Source of the DNA: Spirochaetaceae bacterium
GTDB lineage: Bacteria > Spirochaetota > Spirochaetia > DSM-2461
NCBI GenBank assembly: GCA_965224705.1
Contig: OZ245056.1
Span: forward strand, 576,001-640,000
Direction: 5' to 3'
DNA: 64,000 nt
Shown here: in pieces, positions 49,085 to 58,104 of the stretch
How positions within the stretch are numbered: position 1 is the stretch's first letter
How the letters are laid out: every line of letters begins with the position of its first letter
Notes under the pieces: generated by a model
Seen by the model: only the letters and a program-made list of their open reading frames with translations
The model's database searches: none
What the model was told of the DNA's origin: nothing
Position numbers and translations under genes: made by a program

Positions 49085-51388
49085 TCACCGATTACGAATC
49101 CTCTCATAGAAAGTGATGGCTGCAGGTATGAAAATCACTGTTCCTGTCATTGTTGAAAAAAGTGTTCCAGCAATAAGAAATCCAAAGAATACAACTGGCT
49201 TGAAGCTGGCAAAACATAGAACCAGAAGTCCGGCGACCAGAGAAAATGTGGTTAGCACAATGGGACGGCCCGTAATGTGCAAACTTGATGAGAGAGCGGA
49301 ATCATACGGTTGTAGAAGTCTTTGCTTCCTATACTGCAAAATGAAATGAACGGCATCATCCAGTCCGACGCCCACCGTTACATTCGTTACCAGAATAGTT
49401 GTCAGATCCAGGGGAATTCTGGTCAAATAGAGCGTAATGAAATAAAAGAAGATACCACTGAGCAAGGGTACCAGGGCAATCAAGCTGAATACAAACGATC
49501 GGAAAAAGATCCAGGTCACAATCATGCCCAGAGTGATGGAAATCAAAGTAGATCTCAGTTGATCACGTTTAATCGTCCGGGATGATTCCATAATTAGAAG
49601 TGTATTGCCCCACACATTAATTTCAACTGAATCATCAAAATAAACGGCTGATTCATCGTTGACAAAGTCCTGAAACTTCCGAACATCGTTTTCATTGATC
49701 ATGCTGTATGTATCTGTTTCAGCCAATTTGAGATAAACAGTTATCTGGGATGCATCATCGTTAATAATGGAGGAATCCTGACCAAAGATTATTTTATCTC
49801 GCGGGATCATACTGAAATAACGGTAGAGTAAAAGTATTAATCCCCTGGATTCCGGAACAGTCTCCTCCCCATTCACAGCTTCATTCATTGCTTTGAGAAT
49901 TCCAATAAATGACCGCTTGCTGGTTACAGAGGGATGTTCGCTGAGAACTGTTTCAAATCTGTCTGTTAAACTCAGAATTTTCGGATTGAGGAAAAAATTC
50001 TTCTCACCATTTGCCGCCGTCAGTGTTATATTGAATGTCTGGGAGCCGCCGCTGTGTTCGTTGATGAATTGACTCCCGATAATAAGGGGATCATCTGAGG
50101 GAAAATAAGAAAAGTAATCCGACTGGTGAAGGATGTGGGGGTAACCTGACAGGAAAAACACAAACAGCAGGATGAATGAAGCAAGCAGGATGTATCGATA
50201 TCGAGATGCCCACTGGCCGAACCGGGTGACAATGCTGATTATTGGACCATCTTTAATACGTTTGCGATGGATTGCCGGGGGTGTTTTAAGGATGTAAAAA
50301 ACAGATGGCAGAAAAGAAAGCGCCAGTATGGCACAAAAGAAAATTCCAAGGCTTATAGATAACCCAAACTCCCGGAGGGGACGAATAGTTGTTGTCAACA
50401 AACTCAAAAAACTGATCATTGTAGTGAGTGCGGCTATTATAACAGTGCGGATAACGTGTTCAACAGCATCAGTCAGCCATTGCATTTTTTCAGTTTCTCC
50501 AGATTTTTCAATCCGGTAATACTCATTGAGGATATGAATCGTATAAGAACTGCCAATCGTAAGAACCAGTGCCGGGACAATAACAGTGAGAACGGTGATC
50601 TTGAAACCAATCATGGACATAACACCCAGAGTCCAGATTGTTCCAACGACTGTGACCATAACAGGTAGAATGACAGCTCTCAGTGAGCGGAAACTAAGCC
50701 AGAAGATAGTAAGCATGGTAATCAGAGCTAGAATCATCAATCTGGAAAAATCTCTCAACAAGTAAAACGCCACTCGTTCTTGAAACGGGATCTCACCTGT
50801 ATGGTACACCCTGACCACCTCTTTGAGAGGTTTGATAGCCGCATCGAAAGAAATCATGAATGAGGCAGAATCCACCACCGTTCTACTTATAAATGCAGCA
50901 GTTAAAATTCGGCCATTGTCGGAAACAACCAGATTTCTCGACAGTGAGTTGCTCCTGACACGTTTTTCAAAAATCTCCAATTCTTCAAGATTCAATGGTG
51001 CCCTTCCAGTCGGAGAAACTGTTGCGGGAATGATCCGGCGGCCTTCCGCATCAAATGAAATGAAATTGAATGGTGACAGGGCAACTATGATTTCTGGTAT
51101 ATCCAGTATGGCATCAATTGTGTTTTGGAATTCCTGGAGGACCTTGAGATTATACAAATCATTGCCATAAATACTGATAAAGACAAAATTAGTGATTTCT
51201 TTCTCAATTCCCAGTTCCGTTCGTATTTTGTCTATCCGATCATTTTGTCTGGGTGTCAGATTGTTCACATCGGTATCGATACCTATATCTGCTGCTTTCC
51301 AGCCCATAAATACAGTGACCAATATCGTCAGGACTATAATGAGTTTCGAGTTTCTGAGAACGAATCGGATAAATTTCCTGATACTCAA
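49085..51388 (-). CDS. MMPL/RND-family lipid transporter
   Basis: Two transmembrane-plus-loop halves; IGSSYTIH, GVGLDDAVH and TGRPIVLT. Confidence 0.88.
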   Translation of the reverse strand: MSIRKFIRFVLRNSKLIIVLTILVTVFMGWKAADIGIDTDVNNLTPRQNDRIDKIRTELGIEKEITNFVFISIYGNDLYNLKVLQEFQNTIDAILDIPEIIVALSPFNFISFDAEGRRIIPATVSPTGRAPLNLEELEIFEKRVRSNSLSRNLVVSDNGRILTAAFISRTVVDSASFMISFDAAIKPLKEVVRVYHTGEIPFQERVAFYLLRDFSRLMILALITMLTIFWLSFRSLRAVILPVMVTVVGTIWTLGVMSMIGFKITVLTVIVPALVLTIGSSYTIHILNEYYRIEKSGETEKMQWLTDAVEHVIRTVIIAALTTMISFLSLLTTTIRPLREFGLSISLGIFFCAILALSFLPSVFYILKTPPAIHRKRIKDGPIISIVTRFGQWASRYRYILLASFILLFVFFLSGYPHILHQSDYFSYFPSDDPLIIGSQFINEHSGGSQTFNITLTAANGEKNFFLNPKILSLTDRFETVLSEHPSVTSKRSFIGILKAMNEAVNGEETVPESRGLILLLYRYFSMIPRDKIIFGQDSSIINDDASQITVYLKLAETDTYSMINENDVRKFQDFVNDESAVYFDDSVEINVWGNTLLIMESSRTIKRDQLRSTLISITLGMIVTWIFFRSFVFSLIALVPLLSGIFFYFITLYLTRIPLDLTTILVTNVTVGVGLDDAVHFILQYRKQRLLQPYDSALSSSLHITGRPIVLTTFSLVAGLLVLCFASFKPVVFFGFLIAGTLFSTMTGTVIFIPAAITFYERIRNR

Positions 51389-51401
51389 AATTTATCTCAT
51401 T

Positions 51402-52142
51402 CTATTGATAACTCACGGAGTACTCCAGTGGTTCCGTAAGCATCAATACTGGCAGTAAGGGAATTCTGTATTTCACTGTATTCTTGTTGACTACATGGCC
51501 GCCTTTCTGGTCAATGATCTGCCCTTCTACCCGGATTGTCAGATCCAGCGAAGAGGATTGGATTCCTGCACGACTCACCTCGCCCAGAGCGAATTCCATC
51601 ATGTCGAGATATTCCTCTTCTGTCAGTCCTTCTGTGCTCGCTGGTCCAAACGTCTCGACAAGTGCGTTATTGAAGGATGGGTTTTCATCAAGCAGGGCTG
51701 TGATGGTTTTGCGGTTGAGCCTCACCGTTAATTTAGAAATACGCCCATCATTCTTCATCTGGACTATCTGACTCCCGGCGGAACCCGCTTCAATACTCTG
51801 AAGCAGTATGCTCGGATCCAGGAAAGTGAACTGTCCTGTTATCCTGTTCTGTGCCGGAGCTTCCAGGCTGACAAGGGTGATTCCCTCACGCTGCCGGAAA
51901 TCATTTTCAATAGCCTCCAGGTCAAAGAATGACAACTGATTTTCTGGTACACTGTCTCCGGGTTCCAGAAGCATCATGACCTGGGCAATCACCTCAGTCA
52001 GATAATCAGCAAGCTGAATATCGAAGCTTACCCTTCCATTGCCTGACTTCTCAATGTAAACATCCTGTTTCACAGCACAGGAAGCCGCCATAATGATGCT
52101 GAGCATCCCAATCAATACCGGGTTTACCATTATTCTCTTCAA
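51402..52142 (-). CDS. Putative lipoprotein
   Basis: Signal with MAASC lipobox; ends 13 bp upstream of the MMPL gene. Confidence 0.7.
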   Translation of the reverse strand: MKRIMVNPVLIGMLSIIMAASCAVKQDVYIEKSGNGRVSFDIQLADYLTEVIAQVMMLLEPGDSVPENQLSFFDLEAIENDFRQREGITLVSLEAPAQNRITGQFTFLDPSILLQSIEAGSAGSQIVQMKNDGRISKLTVRLNRKTITALLDENPSFNNALVETFGPASTEGLTEEEYLDMMEFALGEVSRAGIQSSSLDLTIRVEGQIIDQKGGHVVNKNTVKYRIPLLPVLMLTEPLEYSVSYQ

Positions 52143-52332
52143 AGCAACACCTCAAACAGGGTTTATAGAAAGCTCAACTCCTGTCTGCCCAGGCATCCAG
52201 TTTCCACGAGTACCACGTCGACATAGCAAAAAAACAAGCCGGAACCGCAATGGGTGCTTTCAGAGTTCCCCATCAAACTATAGTATAATGAAGAATAAAC
52301 AAAATGTCACGCCCTCTCTTGATGCTGCCCCC

Positions 52333-52555
52333 AGTGTCCGAAAGCTTGTAGAGATGAAACGGCGACAATTTCTACAAGGATAATATATTATGAATAAAGA
52401 AATTACAATGGTTTTCGATTGGCATGATCTTCTAACACTTAAAATGATTTTTTATCAAATCTTACCCGTAAACAGTGTAGGAACAACTATATCAAACAAA
52501 AACTCCTCCTTACCCAGGTACAGCGCAAACAGACATCTACAAGCTTCCTGACACT
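52333..52555 (+). mobile_element. Family B miniature element (223 bp)
   Basis: AGTGTCCGAAAGCTTGT...ACAAGCTTCCTGACACT; interior aligns with the reverse complement of 56659-57171 after removing its insert. Confidence 0.85.
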
Positions 52556-52767
52556 ACAATCTGCTTGCAGAAACCTGAAATCCAGAACGAAATGCGGCTG
52601 CGGGAAAAGTCTCTGCATGATAACAGAAAAGATGAGAAAAGGCTTCTGCCAATGGCACACTTCAGTTTTCTAAAAACTGTTATGGACAAGGCTTTTGAAA
52701 CTGATGTATAATTAGCTATATAGTGAAGGATTATGATACATTGAACAAGGAAGCTATGTAATATATA

Positions 52768-53262
52768 ATGAAATCACCCAACAATTGGCATAGATTAAAT
52801 CAGAATCATTTATTGCCAGATAGAATCAGCGAGATAATTGGCCGGATCGGGGAGCTTTATTCAAGCTACTTTGACCAGAATTGGTTCACGACCTTTTTAG
52901 GTGACTTCCCCATGACAACCGGACAGTTCTATGATATTCGCGCCTGCATATCGATAAGTGAACCTGTTCAAGCCGACATTCCGGTTATTCAAGAGGGTCT
53001 CAAATCCCTGAAAGTTTACATACAACTCCTGAAAGAAACCATTGTACCAGAAATCACAAACATCAGCAGCAGAAAAACTTCGAAGAGGAATATGGAAGCA
53101 ATGACCAGCGAATCCAGAACACGTACAGAAATCATTGCCTACCTTCTTCCCCTGAATCTTAATACACTGGAAGATCTGGTTAAGGAACTTGAAGAATCCC
53201 TGCCTAAGATGCCAGTTTCAAAGAAAAGAATTAACAGGATTGGACCACCTTTCAGACATTGA
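52768..53262 (+). CDS. Hypothetical protein
   Basis: 164-aa helical ORF in an otherwise empty interval. Confidence 0.65.
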   Translation: MKSPNNWHRLNQNHLLPDRISEIIGRIGELYSSYFDQNWFTTFLGDFPMTTGQFYDIRACISISEPVQADIPVIQEGLKSLKVYIQLLKETIVPEITNISSRKTSKRNMEAMTSESRTRTEIIAYLLPLNLNTLEDLVKELEESLPKMPVSKKRINRIGPPFRH

Positions 53263-53473
53263 CAGTGTTGTGCATAAGGCATACACCCCGGCCTTTGCGA
53301 AAACCGAGCATTTTCTCCACTTCTTCATCAGGTCATGGTCTCTTCAAGGTCGGCCAGAACCATGGATAACCCGATGTTTCCTAATGATAAGAGATCCTGT
53401 CGGCAGAGAATATGTAATCTCTTATCCTATCAGATATAATCCGGTGATAGAAACACCCGGTTCATTTAACAGG

Positions 53474-53635
53474 GAGTCTGTCGGACTTACGCCTCACGCC
53501 TCGATTTCTGTCCTTTTTTCCCGCTGCTGCGTTGCCAGAATACTCACGCAGCCCGGCTACACTTGAGTTTTTGTCGCCTTGCATCAGGAAAAAATCATCA
53601 AAAATCGCCTCGAAGTCTCAAAGTCCAACAGACTC
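53474..53635 (-). mobile_element. Family A MITE copy 5, inserted in a family B terminal repeat
   Basis: Flanks CAGG/CAGA; removing it restores ACAG(G/A)CTTTCTGACACT ending at 53651. Confidence 0.88.
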
Positions 53636-53838
53636 CAGACTTTCTGACACTGCATATACCTCATAATCCGGTAGAAATTGAGTATTCGTTGTTTTACAGA
53701 ACACCGAAAATTTCCAGACACGGCTTTTTGAAACTGGATCAGCAGGCGATTTACATCCGCAGTGCTTCAGGTGCCCATAAGTAAGAACTGTAATTTTATC
53801 ATTGATATTTCTTATTTGAGAGATTAAATTACTACCTT

Positions 53839-54861
53839 ATGCGACGTTATTCAGTTGTCATCGTTCTCTTGCATGCAGCCGTACTTCATCTCCAGGCCCT
53901 GCCTGCTCAACGAGGTTGGACTCTGTCTCCCAATGTGGGCCTCCATTGGGGAGAAGTACATGAAATTGTCTATTACCCTCCTACACTCCAATATCCTACA
54001 AGCAATGAGTATTACAGTCTTCTGACCTGGGAACTGAAGAATATCCTTATGATGGGTCTGGACACTCGCTGGGAGAGTGGTAGAGCTTTGGGAATTGAAC
54101 TTGATTTTAATACAGCGATACCTGGCTGGCATGCAGGAAAAATGAACGATTATGACTGGCTCTTCACTGACAGGGACTGGAGCCATTGGTCATTGAGTGA
54201 TATTGAACTCAGATGGGGTTTCTCCCTGGATGCCTCTGCCGATTTAAGGGTTATGGATAAGGGCCCGATTTCATTTCATCTCGGACTGGCCTATCACCTT
54301 GATACCTGGGCATGGACTGATACACTGGAAAACTCCATCTATTCCACCGGATTTGAGACTTATCCAATTCCTTTTGATTCTTCATCCAAACATGTTTTTC
54401 GGGATCCTGAGCATGTTCCAGGCAGCATAGGAGCCAATGCCATTGACTACGAGATCTTTTATCACAGTCTGCTTGCTGTTTTCAAAATGCGAGTCCAGAA
54501 TAAAAGATGGTTTATCGAGTTAGCTGCCCGAATTGGTCCTTCACTGGCTTATGCCATGGATTTCCATAAGTTACGTGATGGTGGAAATGGACTTAAATAT
54601 ATGAATACTGGAATCGGTTTTCCCTGGATTGATGGGACGATTGATGTGGGAATCCATTTCACGGAAAGAATTTCCCTCACACTTCGGGGAGAAATTGCCT
54701 GGAAGAGTGCTATTCGCTCTCATACAATTTACTACTACCCCAGGTTGGATGCCTACAAGAAGACGAATTATGATGCTGGTGGTGTAAACTTTGTGCGAGG
54801 AGCTTTGAGTATTCAGTTTTCATTGACCCTGGATCCTCTTCATCACAATATGGATTCGTAA
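53839..54861 (+). CDS. Omptin-family outer membrane protease
   Basis: Signal peptide, SLLTWE, MNDYDW, SHWS and MDFHKLR; beta-barrel alternation. Confidence 0.85.
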   Translation: MRRYSVVIVLLHAAVLHLQALPAQRGWTLSPNVGLHWGEVHEIVYYPPTLQYPTSNEYYSLLTWELKNILMMGLDTRWESGRALGIELDFNTAIPGWHAGKMNDYDWLFTDRDWSHWSLSDIELRWGFSLDASADLRVMDKGPISFHLGLAYHLDTWAWTDTLENSIYSTGFETYPIPFDSSSKHVFRDPEHVPGSIGANAIDYEIFYHSLLAVFKMRVQNKRWFIELAARIGPSLAYAMDFHKLRDGGNGLKYMNTGIGFPWIDGTIDVGIHFTERISLTLRGEIAWKSAIRSHTIYYYPRLDAYKKTNYDAGGVNFVRGALSIQFSLTLDPLHHNMDS

Positions 54862-54902
54862 TACTATGGTATTCCCTGAGTTAGAATAAAAGGATAGACA
54901 AA

Positions 54903-56627
54903 ATGGACAAGCTTCAAAGAATGCGCCACTCCATGGCTCATGTTATGGCATCTGGAGTACTGAAAATGTTTCCAGATGCAAAAATTGCAATCGGCCCCCC
55001 TATTGATGATGGTTTTTACTATGATTTTGACCTGCCGCGTCAGCTGAAGCCGGATGATCTTCCCGTTATTGAGCAATACATGACAGAGGTTGTTCAGGCC
55101 GATGTACCATTTGAAAAGGAAGTGATTTCCCGGTCAAAGGCCCTGGATTTCTTCCAGGGTCAGGATTACAAGATAGAACTTATTAACGATCTTCCCGAGA
55201 ATGAAGAGATTTCCCTCTATCATATGGGAGATTTTGTTGACCTCTGCCGGGGGCCTCATGTGGAATCAACAGGCAGGCTCAACCCACAGGGTTTCAAGCT
55301 CCTGAGTATCGCCGGTGCCTACTGGCGCGGCGATGAAAAAAGGCCCATGCTGCAGCGTATCTATGGTACGGCCTGGAATGAAAAAAAACAGCTGAGAGTC
55401 CATCTCAACTACCTTGAAGAAGTAGAAAAACGTGACCATCGGCGTCTGGGCAGGGAACTCGACTTGTTCAGTCTTCAGGAAAAGGCCGGACCCGGATTGG
55501 TGTACTGGCATCCGAAAGGAGGCCGTATCCGCGTTGCTGTAGAAGATTTCTGGCGGCAGGAACACTATAAAAACGGCTATGAGATGATATTCACTCCCCA
55601 TGTAGGAAAAAGCTGGCTGTGGGAAACTTCGGGGCATCTGGAGTTTTATGCCGAAGGTATGTATCCCCACATGGTGATGGACAGGGCCAACTACTACACA
55701 AAACCCATGAACTGCCCCTTCCATGTCATGATTTATAACAACGGGAAGCATTCGTATCGGGATTTACCTTACCGATGGGCAGAATTGGGTACTGTGTACA
55801 GATATGAGCGTTCCGGGACTCTCCATGGCCTGCTTCGTGTGCGGGGGTTCACCCAGGATGACGCCCACCTCATCTGTACTCCGACCCAGATGCAGGATGA
55901 GATACAGGAAGTCTTACGCTTCAGCCTTTATATGCTCCGATCTTTTGGATTCCAGGAAATATCGGCCTATCTTGCCACCAAACCGGAAAAAGCCGTGGGA
56001 AGCCTTGCCCGATGGGACAATGCACAGCTTTCTCTTAAAAAAGCCATTGAATCCGAAGGGGTGGAATACCATATTGACGAAGGCGGCGGTGCATTTTACG
56101 GCCCTAAAATTGATCTCAAAGTTAAAGATGCCCTGGGTCGGCAATGGCAGCTGACAACTATTCAGTTTGATTTCAATCTTCCAGACCGCTTCGATATGAC
56201 GTTTACTGATGCGGATGGCAGCGAACAGCGTCCGTACATGATTCATCGTGCACTTTTAGGCAGTCTTGAACGATTCTTCGGTGTAATGATAGAGAATTAT
56301 GGAGGCGCTTTTCCTGTTTGGCTGTCCCCAGTGCAGGCTGTGATTATACCTGTTGCTCCTGCATTTAATGATTATGCTGTTGAGGTTAAGACGAAGCTTG
56401 GCAGCAGGGGTATCAGGGTTGATGCCGATCTTGGAAAAGACAGATTGAACGCTAAAATTCGATACCATCAAACTCAAAAAATTCCATACATGCTGGTTGT
56501 CGGGGAGCGGGAACAACAGGAAAACAAAGTGAGTATTCGCGTGAGAACTGGCGAGAAAACTGATTTATCACTGGACAATGCTCTTCTGATGATATGTGAA
56601 AAAATCGAAAATAAGGAAATGCCTTAG
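54903..56627 (+). CDS. thrS: Threonine--tRNA ligase
   Basis: RHSMAH, DLCRGPH, RDHR, KPMNCP, RVRGFTQDD, FYGPKID and MIHRA. Confidence 0.98.
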   Translation: MDKLQRMRHSMAHVMASGVLKMFPDAKIAIGPPIDDGFYYDFDLPRQLKPDDLPVIEQYMTEVVQADVPFEKEVISRSKALDFFQGQDYKIELINDLPENEEISLYHMGDFVDLCRGPHVESTGRLNPQGFKLLSIAGAYWRGDEKRPMLQRIYGTAWNEKKQLRVHLNYLEEVEKRDHRRLGRELDLFSLQEKAGPGLVYWHPKGGRIRVAVEDFWRQEHYKNGYEMIFTPHVGKSWLWETSGHLEFYAEGMYPHMVMDRANYYTKPMNCPFHVMIYNNGKHSYRDLPYRWAELGTVYRYERSGTLHGLLRVRGFTQDDAHLICTPTQMQDEIQEVLRFSLYMLRSFGFQEISAYLATKPEKAVGSLARWDNAQLSLKKAIESEGVEYHIDEGGGAFYGPKIDLKVKDALGRQWQLTTIQFDFNLPDRFDMTFTDADGSEQRPYMIHRALLGSLERFFGVMIENYGGAFPVWLSPVQAVIIPVAPAFNDYAVEVKTKLGSRGIRVDADLGKDRLNAKIRYHQTQKIPYMLVVGEREQQENKVSIRVRTGEKTDLSLDNALLMICEKIENKEMP

Positions 56628-56658
56628 ATATCTTTTTTGCAGGAGCAGACAGATTCCC

Positions 56659-57171
56659 AGTGTCAGGAAGCCTGTAGATGTCTGCCTGCACTGTACCTGA
56701 GGAGTCTGTCGGACTTTAAGACTTCGAGGCGATTTTTGATGATTTTTGCCTGATGCAAGGCGACAAAAACTCAAGCGTAGCTGGGCTACGTGAGTATTTT
56801 GGCAACGCAGCAGCAGGGGATGCGAGTCTATGGACTCGCATCCTGAGAGAGTGCCGAGTGATAGCGAGGAAAAGCCGCCACGGATGGCGGCGAAAACGAA
56901 CGAAGGCGGCTCTCCAGAAGCAAGCAGGAGGCTTGCTTCTGGAGAGAAGGGCAAAAATCGAGCCGTGAGGCGTAAGTCCGACAGACTCTGAGTAAGGTGA
57001 AGTTTTTATTCGTATAGTTGCTCTTATACTGTTTTTGATTGTGATTTGATGAAAAAATCATTTTGATCGCTGAAAACTCATACCCATCGAAAGCCATGTA
57101 ACTGCTTCACATATAATATGTTATCCCTGTAAAATCTGTCTCCATTCTATCTTTACAAGCTTCCGGACACT
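56659..57171 (-). mobile_element. Family B miniature element (~222 bp) interrupted by a long family A MITE
   Basis: Ends AGTGTCAGGAAGCCTGT / ACAAGCTTCCGGACACT; homologous to 52333-52555. Confidence 0.85.
56702..56988 (+). mobile_element. Family A MITE copy 6, long form (287 bp)
   Basis: Same termini; target duplication TGAG; ~125 extra bp containing three perfect hairpins. Confidence 0.92.
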
Positions 57172-57190
57172 CAGAGATTTTAAATAGGGC

Positions 57191-57220
57191 TTGACATTAT
57201 TGTCTTAGTACAGTAGTATA
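57191..57220 (+). promoter_or_regulatory. sigma70 promoter overlapping a probable YtrA-type GntR operator
   Basis: TTGACA-17-TAGTAT; overlapping imperfect palindrome TGTCTTAGTACAGTAGTATA. Confidence 0.6.
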
Positions 57221-57249
57221 GTTGTATCATTATTCAGGAGGTATTATGA

Positions 57250-58104
57250 GTGATAACAATGCAGGACATGTCTTTTGGTTACAACAGAGGATCATTATTC
57301 GAAGGATTGAATCTCAATATCAATAAAGGCCGTATTTACGGATTACTTGGCCTCAACGGTGCGGGAAAAACTTCACTACTCAGACTGATTTCAGGTCTGT
57401 TGTTTCCGAAGGGAGGCCGGATAAGGGTGTTGGGAGAAGATCCAGGCAGGAGAACTCCTGGTTTACTTTCAAAAATCATAGTTTTGCCAGAAGAGTTAAA
57501 TGCTCCTTCTATTACTGATCGTGAATATGCTATGTCCCGTTCCGTATTCTACCCAGAGTTTGATCATGATCAGTTTGAGAGGTATCTGAACGAGTTCGAG
57601 ATTCCTCGGAATAAGAAACTGAACAACCTTTCTTATGGACAGAAGAAAAAGTTTCTTATGTCTTTTGGTCTGGCCTCCGGGTGTGAGTTATTCATAATGG
57701 ATGAACCAACGAACGGTCTGGATATTCCATCCAAGGTTGTATTTCGAAAGCTCGTTGCTGAAGCCCTTACAGAAGATCGGCTCTTCATCGTTTCCACTCA
57801 TCAGGTGCGGGATGTTGATGCCCTGCTTGATTCCATCATCATACTTAGTAATGGGAAAATTCTTTTCTCCCATGCACTGAGCGATGTTGAAAATCGAATG
57901 CATATGACCCGAACAAGTTCTCCTCCGGAGGAAAATGCTGAAGGACTTATTTTTTCTCAATCGGTTATTGCTGCTCACCTGTCGGTTTGGGCTGGTGCGG
58001 ATGAAAATGGTACTTCAATAGATCTGGAAGTTCTTTTCAATGCCATTATGGCCAAATCCGATATAATCAACAGTTTTTTAACTGAAAAAGGAGAGACTGT
58101 ATGA
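57250..58104 (+). CDS. ABC transporter ATP-binding protein (YtrB-like)
   Basis: GLNGAGKT, LSYGQ, MDEPTNGLD and STH. Confidence 0.93.
   Translation: MITMQDMSFGYNRGSLFEGLNLNINKGRIYGLLGLNGAGKTSLLRLISGLLFPKGGRIRVLGEDPGRRTPGLLSKIIVLPEELNAPSITDREYAMSRSVFYPEFDHDQFERYLNEFEIPRNKKLNNLSYGQKKKFLMSFGLASGCELFIMDEPTNGLDIPSKVVFRKLVAEALTEDRLFIVSTHQVRDVDALLDSIIILSNGKILFSHALSDVENRMHMTRTSSPPEENAEGLIFSQSVIAAHLSVWAGADENGTSIDLEVLFNAIMAKSDIINSFLTEKGETV

Noticed and set aside
52390..52551. ~53-codon ORF inside the 223-bp family B element
   Set aside because: The frame is not preserved in the homologous copy at 56659-57171.
18121..56988. Family A repeats as a CRISPR array
   Set aside because: They are dispersed ~160-bp copies with terminal inverted repeats and target duplications, with no repeat-spacer periodicity and no cas genes.
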